Counted from the first letter of the stretch, positions 9,364 through 20,592 are shown. The stretch: DNA of 64,000 nucleotides from Candidatus Pelearchaeum maunauluense (GCA_030059675.1 JANVYQ010000001.1:160001-224000), one strand, 5' to 3'. Made by a program: numbers and translations. The notes: generated from the letters alone by a model not told the origin.

Positions 9364-10719
9364 CTAGACTATGGGTGTGAGGAAGACACGTGGATAGCCT
9401 TGGCTGAAGTCGTATTCAACGTGGTGTATCAGTGAGGGCGGCTTTACGGAGTAGAGAATGAGAGAGCCGTCCAGCTCGTTCATCTTGATATGCGCCGTAG
9501 CCATATCTGATACGGCGTCCTTGCTCTGGGTTGAGTGCTTCACCGCAAGCATAAGAATATCGCCATAATATCTTACGCGCTGGATGGATGTTATTATGTT
9601 TCTTATGAGCCACTGCTGGCCGTGTATAGCCTCCATAACATCTATCCCGAGGAATATGAAGCACGGCTGGTTGCTCCTTTTCTTGAGACTCTGAGCCTCT
9701 CTCCAGAGCCTCTCAAAGGTCCTCGTTATGGAGTGGCTGTCAAGTCTGAGGAATGTGGGGTCGCGGTGATACTGCTCGTAGTGCGCTACCCTGAGATGGC
9801 TCTTCAGCGTCTCTTTTGGTATGTGTAGTCCTATTGACTCCCTGACCATCGTGGGAGTTATTCCCCCAGCGGGTAGGATTAGCGCGCACCCGCGATTGAG
9901 GATGAAGTTGCACGCCATCATGGACAGGAGGGGCAAGTGCCAGTCAGGGCCCACGTTTCCACCCATCTCAAGTAATATGACGGAGCCGCGCCGCATGCCG
10001 CTTCCGAGGAACATGTCAAGGTCTGCGCTTGATGTGGAGAATAGCTCGCCATGCTCCACATGCTTGAAGGGCTGAGGCTCCATCTCACTCGGCAGCTGTG
10101 TAACCACGCGGCCTAGTAGTGTGAAGCGGCCTCCGTAGAGTGTGAATATGCTTGTGCGCTGGGTTATGGCCGAGCCGCGTAGCTTCTTCCACTCAATCCG
10201 CCTTATTCGCCTTCCCTCCATGACCTCGTCATGCAGCACGACTACAGCATCAACCAGATAGTCAGTCGTTGTTAGATGCGGCTCCTCGCTGACAAACACC
10301 ACCCTCGCGCCGCTGGTCTCTACAGTAGTAGCTAGAGCCTTCTCCATCTTAAGACGCTCCACCACATCCAGCTCCTTCGCAAAAGCATCCCAAGAGTCTA
10401 GAACAATCAACGGCTCCTTAATCCTCTCCGTAACAGCTAGGATGAACTACACTATGTCGGTTGATGTCCCCATCCTCACATCTTCAAACCTTATTCCAGC
10501 GGCGTCCGACCTTGCTTCTAGAACCTTGCCGCTCTCTATGAGCTGCGCCATCCCAGGATCATGCTCCAACAGCTTCTCGGCTGATACGCGTGTTGAGACG
10601 TAAACGCCCCTGCCGTGAAGCTTTAGAAGCTCTAGGGCGAGCATCGTCTTGCCGACGCCTGGCTCGCCCTTGATGAGAATAGACTTTACAGCTGGGCTTA
10701 GTAGAGAGTCCAGCCTCAT
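9364..10719 (-). pseudogene. KaiC/GvpD-like two-domain P-loop ATPase interrupted by one in-frame TAG at 10447-10449
   Basis: Walker A GEPGVGKT; junction TDIV*FILAVTERIKEPLIVLDSW; DYLVDAVV, KLRG; degenerate second domain. Confidence 0.8.
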
Positions 10720-10871
10720 CAGGTAGCCACCTCGCCTCGCGGTGGTCTGGCGCTCCCCTACGGCTGGCTCTCCAGAAAGTAGAGAATGCTGAGGTTCCAC
10801 ACTAATTTAACCAGGCTAGAGTATATTATATAGTTAGTCCCAGCGAGTATTACTTCGTTTTAACATGAGTA

Positions 10872-12128
10872 TTACTCGCGTCGGAGCGCCTCTATAGGCT
10901 CCAGCTTAGCGGCGCGGTATGCTGGGATTATTCCAGCCAAGGCACCTACGATGACCGCCATCAATATCCCCGCGAGTATCAGCTCAGGCGTTATGTTGGG
11001 CGTGAATACCAGCGCTTCTGGCCTGGTTCCAGGTGCTTGGAACGCTCCTGGCCTGCTCCGCGACTGCGGCGGGCTTCCAAAGAAATCCACAAGAACGAAA
11101 GAGCCAGCAGCGCCTAGGGCAACGCCTATCACGCCACCGATAAGACCGATTAGGATAGCCTCCATCAGGAAGCTGAGCAGAACATCACGCGTCTTGAAGC
11201 CAAGCGCCTTAACAAGACCAATCTCCCTAACACGCTCAGTAACCGAGGTGAACATCGTCGTCATAATTCCCAGAAACGCTACGACTATGCTCATAGCTCC
11301 TACAGCGCTTAGGAATATAGTAAGGCTTCCCAAGATTTGCTGGACTGTCTGCTGTATTGCGCTGAGGGAGAAGACGCGGACGTCGGCGCCGTACATGGCT
11401 AGGAGCCTCTCTACAACCTGGTCGCTGTAGCTAGCGTCAACCAGCTTGATGAACGCTCCGCTGTAGCTCCTACCCCCCATGAGCTCGCGGCCATCACGTA
11501 GATTGATGAACATGATGATGTCTGGGTTTAGGAAGAATGTCTGGCCATACTTGGCGAACTTACCAGCGACTTGGAACGACCTGGAGATGGCTCCACCTCC
11601 AGGCTGTTGCCTGATAACAGTTACTAGGCTGCCCACGTCTATCTCAGGCATGTCTGGGTCTGTCGGGTTCCATACGCGGTAGCCCACATACGCCTTGCCC
11701 CGCCCACCAGCAACAAAATCACCACCAGCAAGCTCTATGTCTGGGAATATCTTATCCATCTTACGCAGGTCAAAAGCGAGTATGAGATACGACTCAAAGG
11801 GGTTGAGCTCAACGGTCTTCCCAGCAATCTTCAGCCTGCCAGTAGCTATCTGGTAGAATGGTATGATGTCCGTTACACCGTCTATCCTTGATATGCGCTG
11901 AACCTCCTTATCGTTGAAGTCAAAGTCCCCAACAGCTATCATGTATATCGTGTTGGTGCCTATCGTCTGTAGGCTGTCGGTTATCGCGTAGGTTAGGCCG
12001 CTGGTTGTCGCGTTGAGCGCCACGATTACTGCTGGGCCTATTACTATACCCAGTATGGTGAGGGCTGACCTGACCTTCCTATCCTTTAGCGCGCTCCATG
12101 CTAGTAGCGCTATGTCGGCGAGCTTCAC
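10872..12128 (-). CDS. ABC transporter permease (MacB/FtsX family)
   Basis: RSALTILGIVIG, SVTERVREIG, PAYRAAKLEPIEALR. Confidence 0.93.
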   Translation of the reverse strand: MKLADIALLAWSALKDRKVRSALTILGIVIGPAVIVALNATTSGLTYAITDSLQTIGTNTIYMIAVGDFDFNDKEVQRISRIDGVTDIIPFYQIATGRLKIAGKTVELNPFESYLILAFDLRKMDKIFPDIELAGGDFVAGGRGKAYVGYRVWNPTDPDMPEIDVGSLVTVIRQQPGGGAISRSFQVAGKFAKYGQTFFLNPDIIMFINLRDGRELMGGRSYSGAFIKLVDASYSDQVVERLLAMYGADVRVFSLSAIQQTVQQILGSLTIFLSAVGAMSIVVAFLGIMTTMFTSVTERVREIGLVKALGFKTRDVLLSFLMEAILIGLIGGVIGVALGAAGSFVLVDFFGSPPQSRSRPGAFQAPGTRPEALVFTPNITPELILAGILMAVIVGALAGIIPAYRAAKLEPIEALRRE

Positions 12129-14116
12129 CCGCGCCTACGCCTCCTCACAACGACTATAGCGGCTATTATCGCCAGCGCCGCTATAACCGCAAGGAGCGTC
12201 TGTTGCATACTCGCTGGGAACCCTCTGCCTCCTTCCTCCTCCACCGTGAATATGCTTGCTGGTGCTGTCTTCTCGCCAACCACGTACTCAAGCGTCTTCT
12301 CCAGCTTAAACTCTCTGCCAAAGCCGTCGCGGTACTTGGCGATTATCGTGGCGCTATAGACTCCTGGCTTGGCGTCATCGCTCACGCGGAACGAGAGGGT
12401 GAATGCCGAGACCTGGGAGGGGTTTATCGTCCCTATGAACGACGTGGAGTCGGGTATCGCCACCAGCGGCGCGTCGCCTATTATCTCTGTCATCACCGCC
12501 CGCGCCGTTGATGCGCCCATGTTAATCAGGTCTCCAGCCACATCAACTATACCACCTGGCTCTGCCTCCTTCGGGGAGAACTCAACACCCCTAAACACCA
12601 GCCTAATGTCCCCAACAACAACCAGCGGTATTGAGAGCGTCTCAACCCTCTCCTCACCCCCAGCGGTCTTATACCTAACCGTAGCCACAGCCTCGTAGAC
12701 GCCATCACCCGCGGCAGGCGATACGGCCAGAGAATACACCGCCGTATACGCCTCGCCAGGGGCTAGAGCCTTAACGTAATGGACGAGCTCTCCACCTATC
12801 GCGCTTATCGGCAGGCCGCGGAGGGAGAGGCTTATAGTAATGTCGCGCACCTCTTCTGGGTTTATGTTCCTGTAGGTTATCTTGATTTTGGGGAAGCCAG
12901 CCGCCTTGACTGGGTTCCCCTCAACCTCCGCTGAGAGGCCAGGCGCGGCTGGGCGTAGCACATCAACAACGGCCTGGAAGTCCTCAACCTTCATGTTTCC
13001 AAGAACATCGCGATACTCCACAGTTATCTTGACTGGATAGACACCCTCCAACGCTGTTGACGATGCCTGTATGCCTATCCTCAAGCTGGCAGTCTTGCCT
13101 GGAGATAGCGAGCCTATCTCGATACGCTCATCTATCACGGTCAACGCCGCTGGAGAGCCTGACGCAGCCCTCACGGTTGCCTTGTAGATTGGCGCCGTAC
13201 CCACGTTGGAGAGCTTCAAATTAAGAGCCGATTCATCGCCAGCGCGTAGCTTAAGCCCCTCATAACCAAGCCTAAGCTCTTCTCTACCATTCACACTAGC
13301 CGAGAAGACCAGCTCAACAGACTTCTTACTCATCCATTGGTTTGTGTAGGTGAGCTGGAGACGCATCTTATACGTGCCCAGCCTAACGTTATCCGAGAGC
13401 TTTATCGGGAAGGTCAGGGTGAATGCCTCGCCGCTTCTCATGCTCTTGAGCAGGCTTGTCTCAACCACGTATCCACCCGTTGTATTGGTGAGCGGGGGCT
13501 CTAGGAAGAGCCGCGCAACAACGTTAGCCATGCTCACGCGGCGCGGCGCCTCAAGCTCCACCCGCAGCATAGCAACACCCATACCAGGCCCGACAGAAAC
13601 CTCCCTACCATCCAGCTCCCACACCGAGCGCAGGAAAACAGGAGCAGGAGCCTCGGAGACCCTAATCACTATTGGGATGGTCAAAGTGGTTATCGGGAAG
13701 TCGGGGTCGGTGCAGTCGCGGTATTCTATTCTCAGGTCAGCGGGATAATCGCCTGGCAACGCGTCCTCGTCTATCGTTATCTTGAATTGAAGACTCCCTA
13801 TCCCCTGCGCCGCTATTGCTCTTTCCAGGTAGCTCCTTATGCTACTAGCCCCCTCGCGGTCTTTGAATGGGAAAGGAAAGCCCAGCGACTTGCCTATGGT
13901 GGCGACTATACCACATATCGTTACATCCTCACGGTTCATGAAAACCACGGTCAGAGTAGCATCCCTATCTCCTGGGCTGGCGATACTAGGAGACTCTGGA
14001 GAGCCCCAGACAACATCCAGCACATCAATCGCCGCAGCATTACCAGCGGGTAGCGTGGTAATCAAGGTGGATATGAGTAAAACTAAAATCGCCAGCGGCT
14101 TGATGCGGGCTTTCAT
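12125..14116 (-). CDS. COG1361-like S-layer/Ig-repeat surface protein with signal peptide and C-terminal TM
   Basis: Repeated N-G...GxYxxxxxxxY beta-sandwich units; TM followed by RRRRR; located between ABC ATPase and permease. Confidence 0.8.
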   Translation of the reverse strand: MKARIKPLAILVLLISTLITTLPAGNAAAIDVLDVVWGSPESPSIASPGDRDATLTVVFMNREDVTICGIVATIGKSLGFPFPFKDREGASSIRSYLERAIAAQGIGSLQFKITIDEDALPGDYPADLRIEYRDCTDPDFPITTLTIPIVIRVSEAPAPVFLRSVWELDGREVSVGPGMGVAMLRVELEAPRRVSMANVVARLFLEPPLTNTTGGYVVETSLLKSMRSGEAFTLTFPIKLSDNVRLGTYKMRLQLTYTNQWMSKKSVELVFSASVNGREELRLGYEGLKLRAGDESALNLKLSNVGTAPIYKATVRAASGSPAALTVIDERIEIGSLSPGKTASLRIGIQASSTALEGVYPVKITVEYRDVLGNMKVEDFQAVVDVLRPAAPGLSAEVEGNPVKAAGFPKIKITYRNINPEEVRDITISLSLRGLPISAIGGELVHYVKALAPGEAYTAVYSLAVSPAAGDGVYEAVATVRYKTAGGEERVETLSIPLVVVGDIRLVFRGVEFSPKEAEPGGIVDVAGDLINMGASTARAVMTEIIGDAPLVAIPDSTSFIGTINPSQVSAFTLSFRVSDDAKPGVYSATIIAKYRDGFGREFKLEKTLEYVVGEKTAPASIFTVEEEGGRGFPASMQQTLLAVIAALAIIAAIVVVRRRRRG

Positions 14117-14218
14117 AGATGTTCTACCACGCAGACAACCGTGTGCGGTATATAGACATATCCCAGAACGGAAAACACAACAAAAACTCAAGTTTAATAT
14201 GGATATAACAACATACCG

Positions 14219-14989
14219 CTACGGAATCTCCTCACGCTCAACCCTACCATCACGGAGATAGATAATCCTATTCGTCTCACGCGCAACCTCCATATTATGA
14301 GTAACCACTATTATAGTCCTTCCCTTCCTGTTGAGTGTTTTGAATAGCTCCACTATTGCCTTGCCTGATTTGGAGTCTAGGTTCCCCGTGGGCTCGTCTG
14401 CCAGGATTATGCTGGGGTCTGTTACTAGTGCGCGCGCTATTGCTACGCGCTGCTGCTGGCCTCCGCTGAGTTGATTTGGCTTGCTCCTAGCCTTATCAGC
14501 GAGGCCGACTTCCTCAAGCATCGCCAGAGCCTTACGCCGCCTCTCCGCTGGGCTTATCCCACGCAGCACCAAGGGAAGCCCCACATTACGCAGAACATCA
14601 ATACGCGGAATGAGATTATACGACTGGAAAACGAACCCTATCTTCTCATTACGCAGCTCGGCGCGCTTATTATCGCTCAGCGTAGTTATATCCACATCAT
14701 CTATGATTACCTTCCCCTCAGTTGGCTTATCAAGAGCCCCAAGCATGTTGAGAAGCGTGGATTTACCACTCCCACTAGGGCCAACAATCGCTATAAACTC
14801 ACCACGCCTAACCTTGAGGTCAACACCATTAAGCGCGTAGGTATCTATCCCATTAGAGCGGTAAACCTTCTTCAGACCTATAACCTCAACTACATAATCC
14901 CCAGCCTGCCGCTCACTGCTCTCCAACACAACACCAGCCATAATCGTCAGAATAGGAATATAAACAGGATCAATATTAAGCTCAACCAA
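14219..14989 (-). CDS. ABC transporter ATP-binding protein (LolD/MacB-like); true start may be downstream
   Basis: [28 protein letters not shown]. Confidence 0.95.
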   Translation of the reverse strand: MVELNIDPVYIPILTIMAGVVLESSERQAGDYVVEVIGLKKVYRSNGIDTYALNGVDLKVRRGEFIAIVGPSGSGKSTLLNMLGALDKPTEGKVIIDDVDITTLSDNKRAELRNEKIGFVFQSYNLIPRIDVLRNVGLPLVLRGISPAERRRKALAMLEEVGLADKARSKPNQLSGGQQQRVAIARALVTDPSIILADEPTGNLDSKSGKAIVELFKTLNRKGRTIIVVTHNMEVARETNRIIYLRDGRVEREEIP

Positions 14990-15001
14990 GCAACATATTT
15001 A

Positions 15002-15021
15002 ATGTATTACATTACGTAACA
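15002..15021. promoter_or_regulatory. Adjacent palindromes ATGTATTACAT and TTACGTAA, probable antitoxin operator
   Basis: Lies between an AT-rich TATA-like tract and the antitoxin start codon. Confidence 0.45.
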
Positions 15022-15032
15022 TCTTTTGGAAA

Positions 15033-15239
15033 ATGACCAACTATGCAACCGTGTCCGCGCGAATTCCTAAAGACCTAAAGAAGAAAGCCGACAACCTTAA
15101 GTTAAACATAAACGAGCTGATTAGACGGGCTTTGGAGCAAGAACTTAAGAAGAAAGCAGCAGAAGTAGCAACTATATTAAGAAAGATACCCGAAGAAGAA
15201 AATGTTAAAACAATTAGAGAAGCACGCGACGTTGGATGA
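15033..15239 (+). CDS. RHH antitoxin (VapB/CcdA-like)
   Basis: TVSARIPKDLK...INELIRRALEQEL; ATGA overlap with PIN gene. Confidence 0.8.
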   Translation: MTNYATVSARIPKDLKKKADNLKLNINELIRRALEQELKKKAAEVATILRKIPEEENVKTIREARDVG

Positions 15240-15647
15240 GTTATTTACTAGATGCAAGCGGACTACTAAATCTTCTTAGAAGACTAGGTGAAGATATTAT
15301 AGACGCGGTGAAGAATCAAAATACAACAGATATAATATTGCATGAAGCAGGAAACGCGTTTTGGAAAGAATATAGTCATGGAAGGATGGAGTTAAATGAA
15401 GCCTTGAGGTCTCTGGAGTTTATCAATTTGCTTTTACGCCAGATGCATGTTATTAAGATTGAAGGCGAATGGCCGTTGTATGTGCTTGAAAATGCAGTTA
15501 AACTGCGAATAACTTTTTACGACTCAGCTTATCTTACCCAGCTCAGAAACTTGGATTTTTACGCTGGTGACGGATGATATGAAGTTGCTTAAGAAGACGC
15601 GCGGGATAGGCCTAAAAGCAACAACCAGCAAGGAATACCACTACTAA
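15236..15647 (+). pseudogene. vapC: VapC PIN-domain toxin with 1-nt frameshift near the T5 run at 15556-15560
   Basis: YLLDAS, HEAGNA, ITFYDSAY; the missing LVTDD motif continues in another frame to TAA 15645-15647. Confidence 0.75.
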
Positions 15648-15744
15648 TTCCTTTTCCGCCCAGAATGGTGGTTTCCACATATCTCACGACTAAATGGGGA
15701 CTTATATAGCAGAGGATAGCCATAGATTGCTGGGTGAAGCTTAC

Positions 15745-16083
15745 ATGGGGAAGAGGAAAATCGTAACCGAGCCTGATGAGCTTGAGCAGCTTATGGAGCC
15801 TGGGCCAGGCGACGTCTATGGTGTCGTCTCTAAGATGTATGGTTATGACCGTGTTTTGGTTGATTGCTCTGATGGGAAGCAGAGGCTCTGTAGGATTAGG
15901 GGGCAACTGAAGAGGAGGATATGGATTAAGGAGGGGGACCTTGTTCTCGTCTCTCCCTGGGACTTTCAGCGCGACCAGCGCGGCGATATATGGTGGCGCT
16001 TCACGCGCAACCAGGCTCTTGAGCTGGCCAAGAGGGGCACGCTCCCAGATTTTCTCAGGGCAAAGCTTGAGGCAACTGCCTAA
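15745..16083 (+). CDS. eif1a: Translation initiation factor aIF-1A
   Basis: CSDGKQRLCRIRG, IWIKEGDLVLVSPWDFQ; likely ATG 15745. Confidence 0.95.
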   Translation: MGKRKIVTEPDELEQLMEPGPGDVYGVVSKMYGYDRVLVDCSDGKQRLCRIRGQLKRRIWIKEGDLVLVSPWDFQRDQRGDIWWRFTRNQALELAKRGTLPDFLRAKLEATA

Positions 16084-16122
16084 GTTTTATACAGGCTTTA
16101 GCATCCATCTAGCTGGAATGGC

Positions 16123-16923
16123 TTGAGCTACGACGAGGAGATTGAAGAACGTCTAAGGAGGCGGGAGCTTAGAGCTGAGCGCGCACAGCGATACCTGCGG
16201 AAACGCTCAGAGCTTGACGAAGTGATGGAGGAAGTCTTTGACCGCGTAACCCTGATGACCATCTACGACCTGATGAACGACAGGCTCATAGAGGACTTTT
16301 ATGGCGTCATAAGCTCTGGGAAGGAGTCGCGGATATACTATGTGAGGGGGTGTGATGGTGTTGAGCTGGCTGTTAAGATATACCTCGTAACCAGCGCCGA
16401 GTTCAAGCATAACAGGATGGCTTATGTTGTTGACGACCCCAGGTTTAAGCGGGTGCCGACTGATTTCCGTAAGTTTATCAACCTATGGGCGCAGCGGGAG
16501 TTTAAGAATCTGGAGGAGGCTTACGAGGCTGGTGTAGCGGTTCCCAGGCCTAGGTTTGTGAGGAAGAATGTTCTGGGGATGGATTTTCTAGGCCGCGATG
16601 GCGCGAGGTATCCCCTGCTGAGCGAACTGGAGGCGGAGCAAGAAGAGTTCGCGGAGCTCTACGAGAAGACGCTCAACGTCGTTGCGGCTCTCTACCAGAA
16701 GGCTGGGCTCGTCCATGGAGACCTGAGCCAGTTCAACATCATAATTGGTGATGGCCTGGAGGTTTATCTGATAGACTTGGCGCAGGCTGTTAAGCGCGGC
16801 CACCCGATAGCGGAGCCATCCCTGATACACGGCCTGGAGACCCTAGCTAGGTTCTTCGCCAAGAAGGGCGTGGAGGTAGATGACCTAGACACCATGCTGG
16901 CGCGTGTGCGCGGCGGGGTATGA
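16123..16923 (+). CDS. rio1: RIO1 kinase
   Basis: SGKESRIY, AVKIY, EFKNL, LVHGDLSQFNI, IDLAQAV. Confidence 0.93.
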   Translation: MSYDEEIEERLRRRELRAERAQRYLRKRSELDEVMEEVFDRVTLMTIYDLMNDRLIEDFYGVISSGKESRIYYVRGCDGVELAVKIYLVTSAEFKHNRMAYVVDDPRFKRVPTDFRKFINLWAQREFKNLEEAYEAGVAVPRPRFVRKNVLGMDFLGRDGARYPLLSELEAEQEEFAELYEKTLNVVAALYQKAGLVHGDLSQFNIIIGDGLEVYLIDLAQAVKRGHPIAEPSLIHGLETLARFFAKKGVEVDDLDTMLARVRGGV

Positions 16924-17024
16924 TGCATAAATAGCCCCGATAGCTAGCTTATGACGGAGCTGGGAAATACTATAATCAACGCGTCGTAGTCCTTCTCCCT
17001 CAATATAGCGAGTGGGGATGCGGG

Positions 17025-17618
17025 TTGGGATACTTTGGTGGTGAAGGATTCACGGGCACGTCGTTCGTCGTCAATATTCCGCGCGAGCGTGTAGGCGTTT
17101 TGGTTGGGACTAATGGGAGCGTCAAGCGGGAGATTGAGCAGAGGCTTGGGGTTGTTCTCTCAATAGACAGCCAGACAGGGACGGTTGTGATAAACCTAGC
17201 CAAGCCCGTCCATGAGGGAGGCGACCCAGCGGCGCTCTTCAAGGCGCGCGACATAGTTACGGCGATTGGCAGGGGGTTCTCACCTGAGAGGGCCTTCAAG
17301 CTCTTTGAGGAAAACACGATGCTCAGCGTCGTGGATATAACCGACCACGTCGGCAGGAGCGCTAACAACCTAATCAGGGTACGCGCCCGCCTCATAGGAA
17401 CAGGCGGGAAGACGCGCAGGATAATTGAAGAGAACTGTCATGTTGAAATCTCAATCTACGGCGACACTGTTGCAATCATAGGAGACTACAACGATGTCAA
17501 GGCTGCCGAGGAGGCTGTGATAACCCTGATTAAGGGAGCGCCCCACGGAGCTGTGTATCGCATGGTTGACGAGTATGCGCGACGCCGCAAGACTGGGGGG
17601 CTGGTAAGACCGTTCTAA
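17025..17618 (+). CDS. KH-domain RNA-processing protein (Dim2/Pno1)
   Basis: AIGRGFSPE, RLIGTGGKTR, GAPHGAVY; conserved eIF1A-rio1-KH order. Confidence 0.9.
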   Translation: MGYFGGEGFTGTSFVVNIPRERVGVLVGTNGSVKREIEQRLGVVLSIDSQTGTVVINLAKPVHEGGDPAALFKARDIVTAIGRGFSPERAFKLFEENTMLSVVDITDHVGRSANNLIRVRARLIGTGGKTRRIIEENCHVEISIYGDTVAIIGDYNDVKAAEEAVITLIKGAPHGAVYRMVDEYARRRKTGGLVRPF

Positions 17619-17778
17619 CACCAGCAACAATACACGCAGTAGGCGCAGAGCTTTTGGCGAAAAAGTTCAGAGAACAAGTATTAGTAGATGAGATGTATAG
17701 CTATAAATTAGGGTCAAGAATCCTTGATGGCGCTGCGAAAAGAATGGCGATGAGCTGTCTGTGAGGGATAGGTTGGAT

Positions 17779-19356
17779 ATGACCGAGGTTAAGTTTGAGC
17801 AGATTAGTCCTAGCGAGTTCTTCTACAAGAACCGCGACATAGCGGGCTTCAGCAGCCCCTCACGCTCACTATACATGAGCATACGCGAGCTTGTGGAGAA
17901 CTCTCTTGACGCGGCTGAGGCTGGGAGGATACTTCCTGATATATACGTCCAGCTGACGCTGGAGAAGGATGTCGACGCCGAGTCTGATGTTAAGATATTC
18001 AAGCTCCGCGTGGAGGATAACGGTATAGGCGTAGCTGGTGAGCAGATTCCACGCGCATTCGCCACCGTCCTCTACGGCAGTAAGTATGGATACAAGCAGT
18101 CGCGCGGCACATTCGGCCTAGGCGGGACTATGGCGCTCCTCTATGGTCAGATAACCACCAACAGGCCAGCGACGGTAATCTCAAGCAACAACGGCCGCGA
18201 GATACACAAATACCAACTGATGATCGACGTTATTGAGAACAAGCCCCGCATAATGGGGCATGAGGTTCTGGAGAACAAGGATAAGTGGCGTGGCACGATT
18301 ATTGAGTTTTACCTGGAGGCAGACTATACTGGGAGTAGGGCTAAGATTATAGAGTATTTCAAGAATACTGCTATAGTCAATCCCCACGCCACCATAACGT
18401 TTGTTGATAATCGCGGGAGGCTTTACCACTTTCCCCGCGTTATTGATAAGGTTCCTGAGCCGCCGCGCGAGTCTAAGCCACACCCCATAGGTGTTGATGT
18501 AGAGACGATGACGCGGCTGCTCTCATCAACGCGAGCCGGCAACCTGGTCTCGTTCCTCACTACAGCGTTCCAGAAGGTTGGTGAGAAGACCGCCCGCGAG
18601 GTCTTGGACTTGGCGAAGCTCCCCTACGAAATGAAGCCGCGCGAGCTGAGCCACGATGAGGTAACAGCCCTGGTTGAGGCGATTAAGAGGTATGGCAAAT
18701 TCCGCTCCCCAGACCCCAACCCCCTGAGCCCGATAGGGAAAGACTTCCTGGAGTCTGGGATTAGGCAGATGCTCAAGCCAGACTTCCTCCACGTCGTCCA
18801 GAGGCCGCCGTCATCGTATAGCGGCTATCCATTCATAGTTGAGGCCGCCGTAGCTTATGGTGGAGACATACCAGCGACGGAGTCAATAAACCTCTACAGG
18901 TTCGCCAACAAGATACCCCTACTATATGATGAGCGCGCAGATGTGGCTTGGAAAGTTGTTACCGAGAAGATAGACTGGAGCACGTATAAGGTTCCGCGCG
19001 TGGCGCCTCTGGCTGTCTTTACCAGCATCTGCTCGTCCAAGATTCCATATAAGACCGTTGGGAAGGAGGCGATAGCTGATAGGCCTGAGATTGAGCGCGA
19101 GCTTACTACAGCGATTAGGGAGTGCGCGCGGCATCTGAAGCTTTACTTGAGTAAGATTGAGAAGCGAGTGGCTGTGGCGAAGAGGTTGAGCATATACGCC
19201 AAGTATCTTCCCAAGATAGCCGAGTTCTCCGCCAAGACCGCGGGAAGGGAGAAGGCTCCAGACGTCTCGCAGCTCCTCAAGAAGATAGGCGTTACGGCAG
19301 AGATGGTGGCGCAGGCGCGGCGCGAAGAAGAGGAGGAAGTGGTGGAGATAGGATAA
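17779..19356 (+). CDS. top6B: DNA topoisomerase VI subunit B
   Basis: ELVENSLDA, EDNGIG, QSRGTFGLG, RFANKIPL, YKTVGKEAI. Confidence 0.97.
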   Translation: MTEVKFEQISPSEFFYKNRDIAGFSSPSRSLYMSIRELVENSLDAAEAGRILPDIYVQLTLEKDVDAESDVKIFKLRVEDNGIGVAGEQIPRAFATVLYGSKYGYKQSRGTFGLGGTMALLYGQITTNRPATVISSNNGREIHKYQLMIDVIENKPRIMGHEVLENKDKWRGTIIEFYLEADYTGSRAKIIEYFKNTAIVNPHATITFVDNRGRLYHFPRVIDKVPEPPRESKPHPIGVDVETMTRLLSSTRAGNLVSFLTTAFQKVGEKTAREVLDLAKLPYEMKPRELSHDEVTALVEAIKRYGKFRSPDPNPLSPIGKDFLESGIRQMLKPDFLHVVQRPPSSYSGYPFIVEAAVAYGGDIPATESINLYRFANKIPLLYDERADVAWKVVTEKIDWSTYKVPRVAPLAVFTSICSSKIPYKTVGKEAIADRPEIERELTTAIRECARHLKLYLSKIEKRVAVAKRLSIYAKYLPKIAEFSAKTAGREKAPDVSQLLKKIGVTAEMVAQARREEEEEVVEIG

Positions 19357-19412
19357 CACCTCCCCTCTGTTGTTCTCAAAACCTAATACACCACCGCGTT
19401 GGGTATCTCTTT

Positions 19413-19811
19413 ATGAGCGGTAGGCTGGTCATCAGGAATTGGCGTAGCGTTAAGCCGACGATAGCGCATGGAGCTGGTATTGACTGGCGGCTAATGTCCA
19501 TGCCCCTCAAGACAGGTGGCGACATAGATGTTGAGGTTGACCAGGAGGGCATGTGCCTCAAGGTGATAACCTACGTCTCCCTAGCGTGGCTCCAGCCAGG
19601 GCTTAGGTACGAGCCCCACAAGCACCAGGAGCATGAGGAGCTATACTACATCATTAAGGGGCGTGGCAGGATTAGGGTTGGTGAGGAGACGCGCGAGTTT
19701 AGGGATGGTGATTTGATAAACATACCCGTAGGCGCCGAGCATGAGATAATAAACGACGGAGACGAGATTGTGGAGTTTCTAGCATTCGGCGGCTATACTG
19801 GGCGTAGCTAG
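19413..19811 (+). CDS. Cupin-domain protein
   Basis: HKH...EELYYIIKGRG and GDLINIPVGAEHEIIN cupin motifs. Confidence 0.85.
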   Translation: MSGRLVIRNWRSVKPTIAHGAGIDWRLMSMPLKTGGDIDVEVDQEGMCLKVITYVSLAWLQPGLRYEPHKHQEHEELYYIIKGRGRIRVGEETREFRDGDLINIPVGAEHEIINDGDEIVEFLAFGGYTGRS

Positions 19812-20368
19812 TCGCCGCTCAGTAGCTGCTGGGAGCATAGCCTCAGGCCGCCGTCTATGTAGAGCGTGGCCCCTGTTATGTAGCGCGCCTTATCAGATGC
19901 TGGGAAGACAGCCGCATAAGCCGCTTCTTCGGGCATGCCAGCCTGCCCAGCGGAATAGCAGCCTCAAGGCGGCGCATCTTCTCCCTATCCTCAAGCACCT
20001 CGCGGTTCATATCAGTAACCATAGCACCAGGCGCTATGGCGTTAACCCTAATCCCCCCTACCAGCAAGCTCAAGAGCAAGCGTCCTAGTCATCATGCCCA
20101 AACCACCCTTGGACGCGGAGTAATGCACGTAGTAGGGCTTGGGAAACGTCTCATGGACGGATGTGATGTTGATTATTGAGGGGTTCTCACGCCCCTCCAT
20201 CAGCCTTACCGCATACTTGCTGCATAGGAAGGGGCCGCGTAGATTAACCCCTATGACCCTACTCCACTCTTCCAGCGGCATCTCCTCTATACGATACCTG
20301 TTCTGGATACCCGCGTTGTTCACCAGCACGTCAAGGCCGTTGAAGCTTTCTCCAATCGTTTTAAACAT
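19808..20368 (-). pseudogene. Glucose 1-dehydrogenase-like SDR, N-terminus lost, at least two frameshifts
   Basis: VNNAGI, SVHE, YSASKGG; VNAIAPG in a second frame; YITGATLYIDGG in a third. Confidence 0.85.
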
Positions 20369-20385
20369 CCTAGCTAATAACTGGC

Positions 20386-20592
20386 GTGAACATGAGAATC
20401 GTGGAGTTCTATGGGTTGATACCTAATGAGCTGTTTGCATATCTTATGACCGTGCCCATCACATTATCGTTCGGCATATCCATGATTTTCCTCAGAAGAC
20501 GCTGGAGCGCCACTCTCATATCTCTCACGACAGTCCTACTCTATGCGGAAGTGTTATTCTTGGTTTCAAGGGGCTGGTATGTACAGATATGA
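20386..20592 (+). CDS. Small hydrophobic protein or gene fragment
   Basis: Two hydrophobic segments; no motif recognised. Confidence 0.35.
   Translation: MNMRIVEFYGLIPNELFAYLMTVPITLSFGISMIFLRRRWSATLISLTTVLLYAEVLFLVSRGWYVQI

Noticed and set aside
9364-10719. Gas vesicle system (GvpD-like)
   Set aside because: No gvpA or other gvp genes in the window
17713-17728. Inverted repeat TCAAG-AATC-CTTGA upstream of top6B
   Set aside because: 5-bp arms and a single occurrence; compatible with chance
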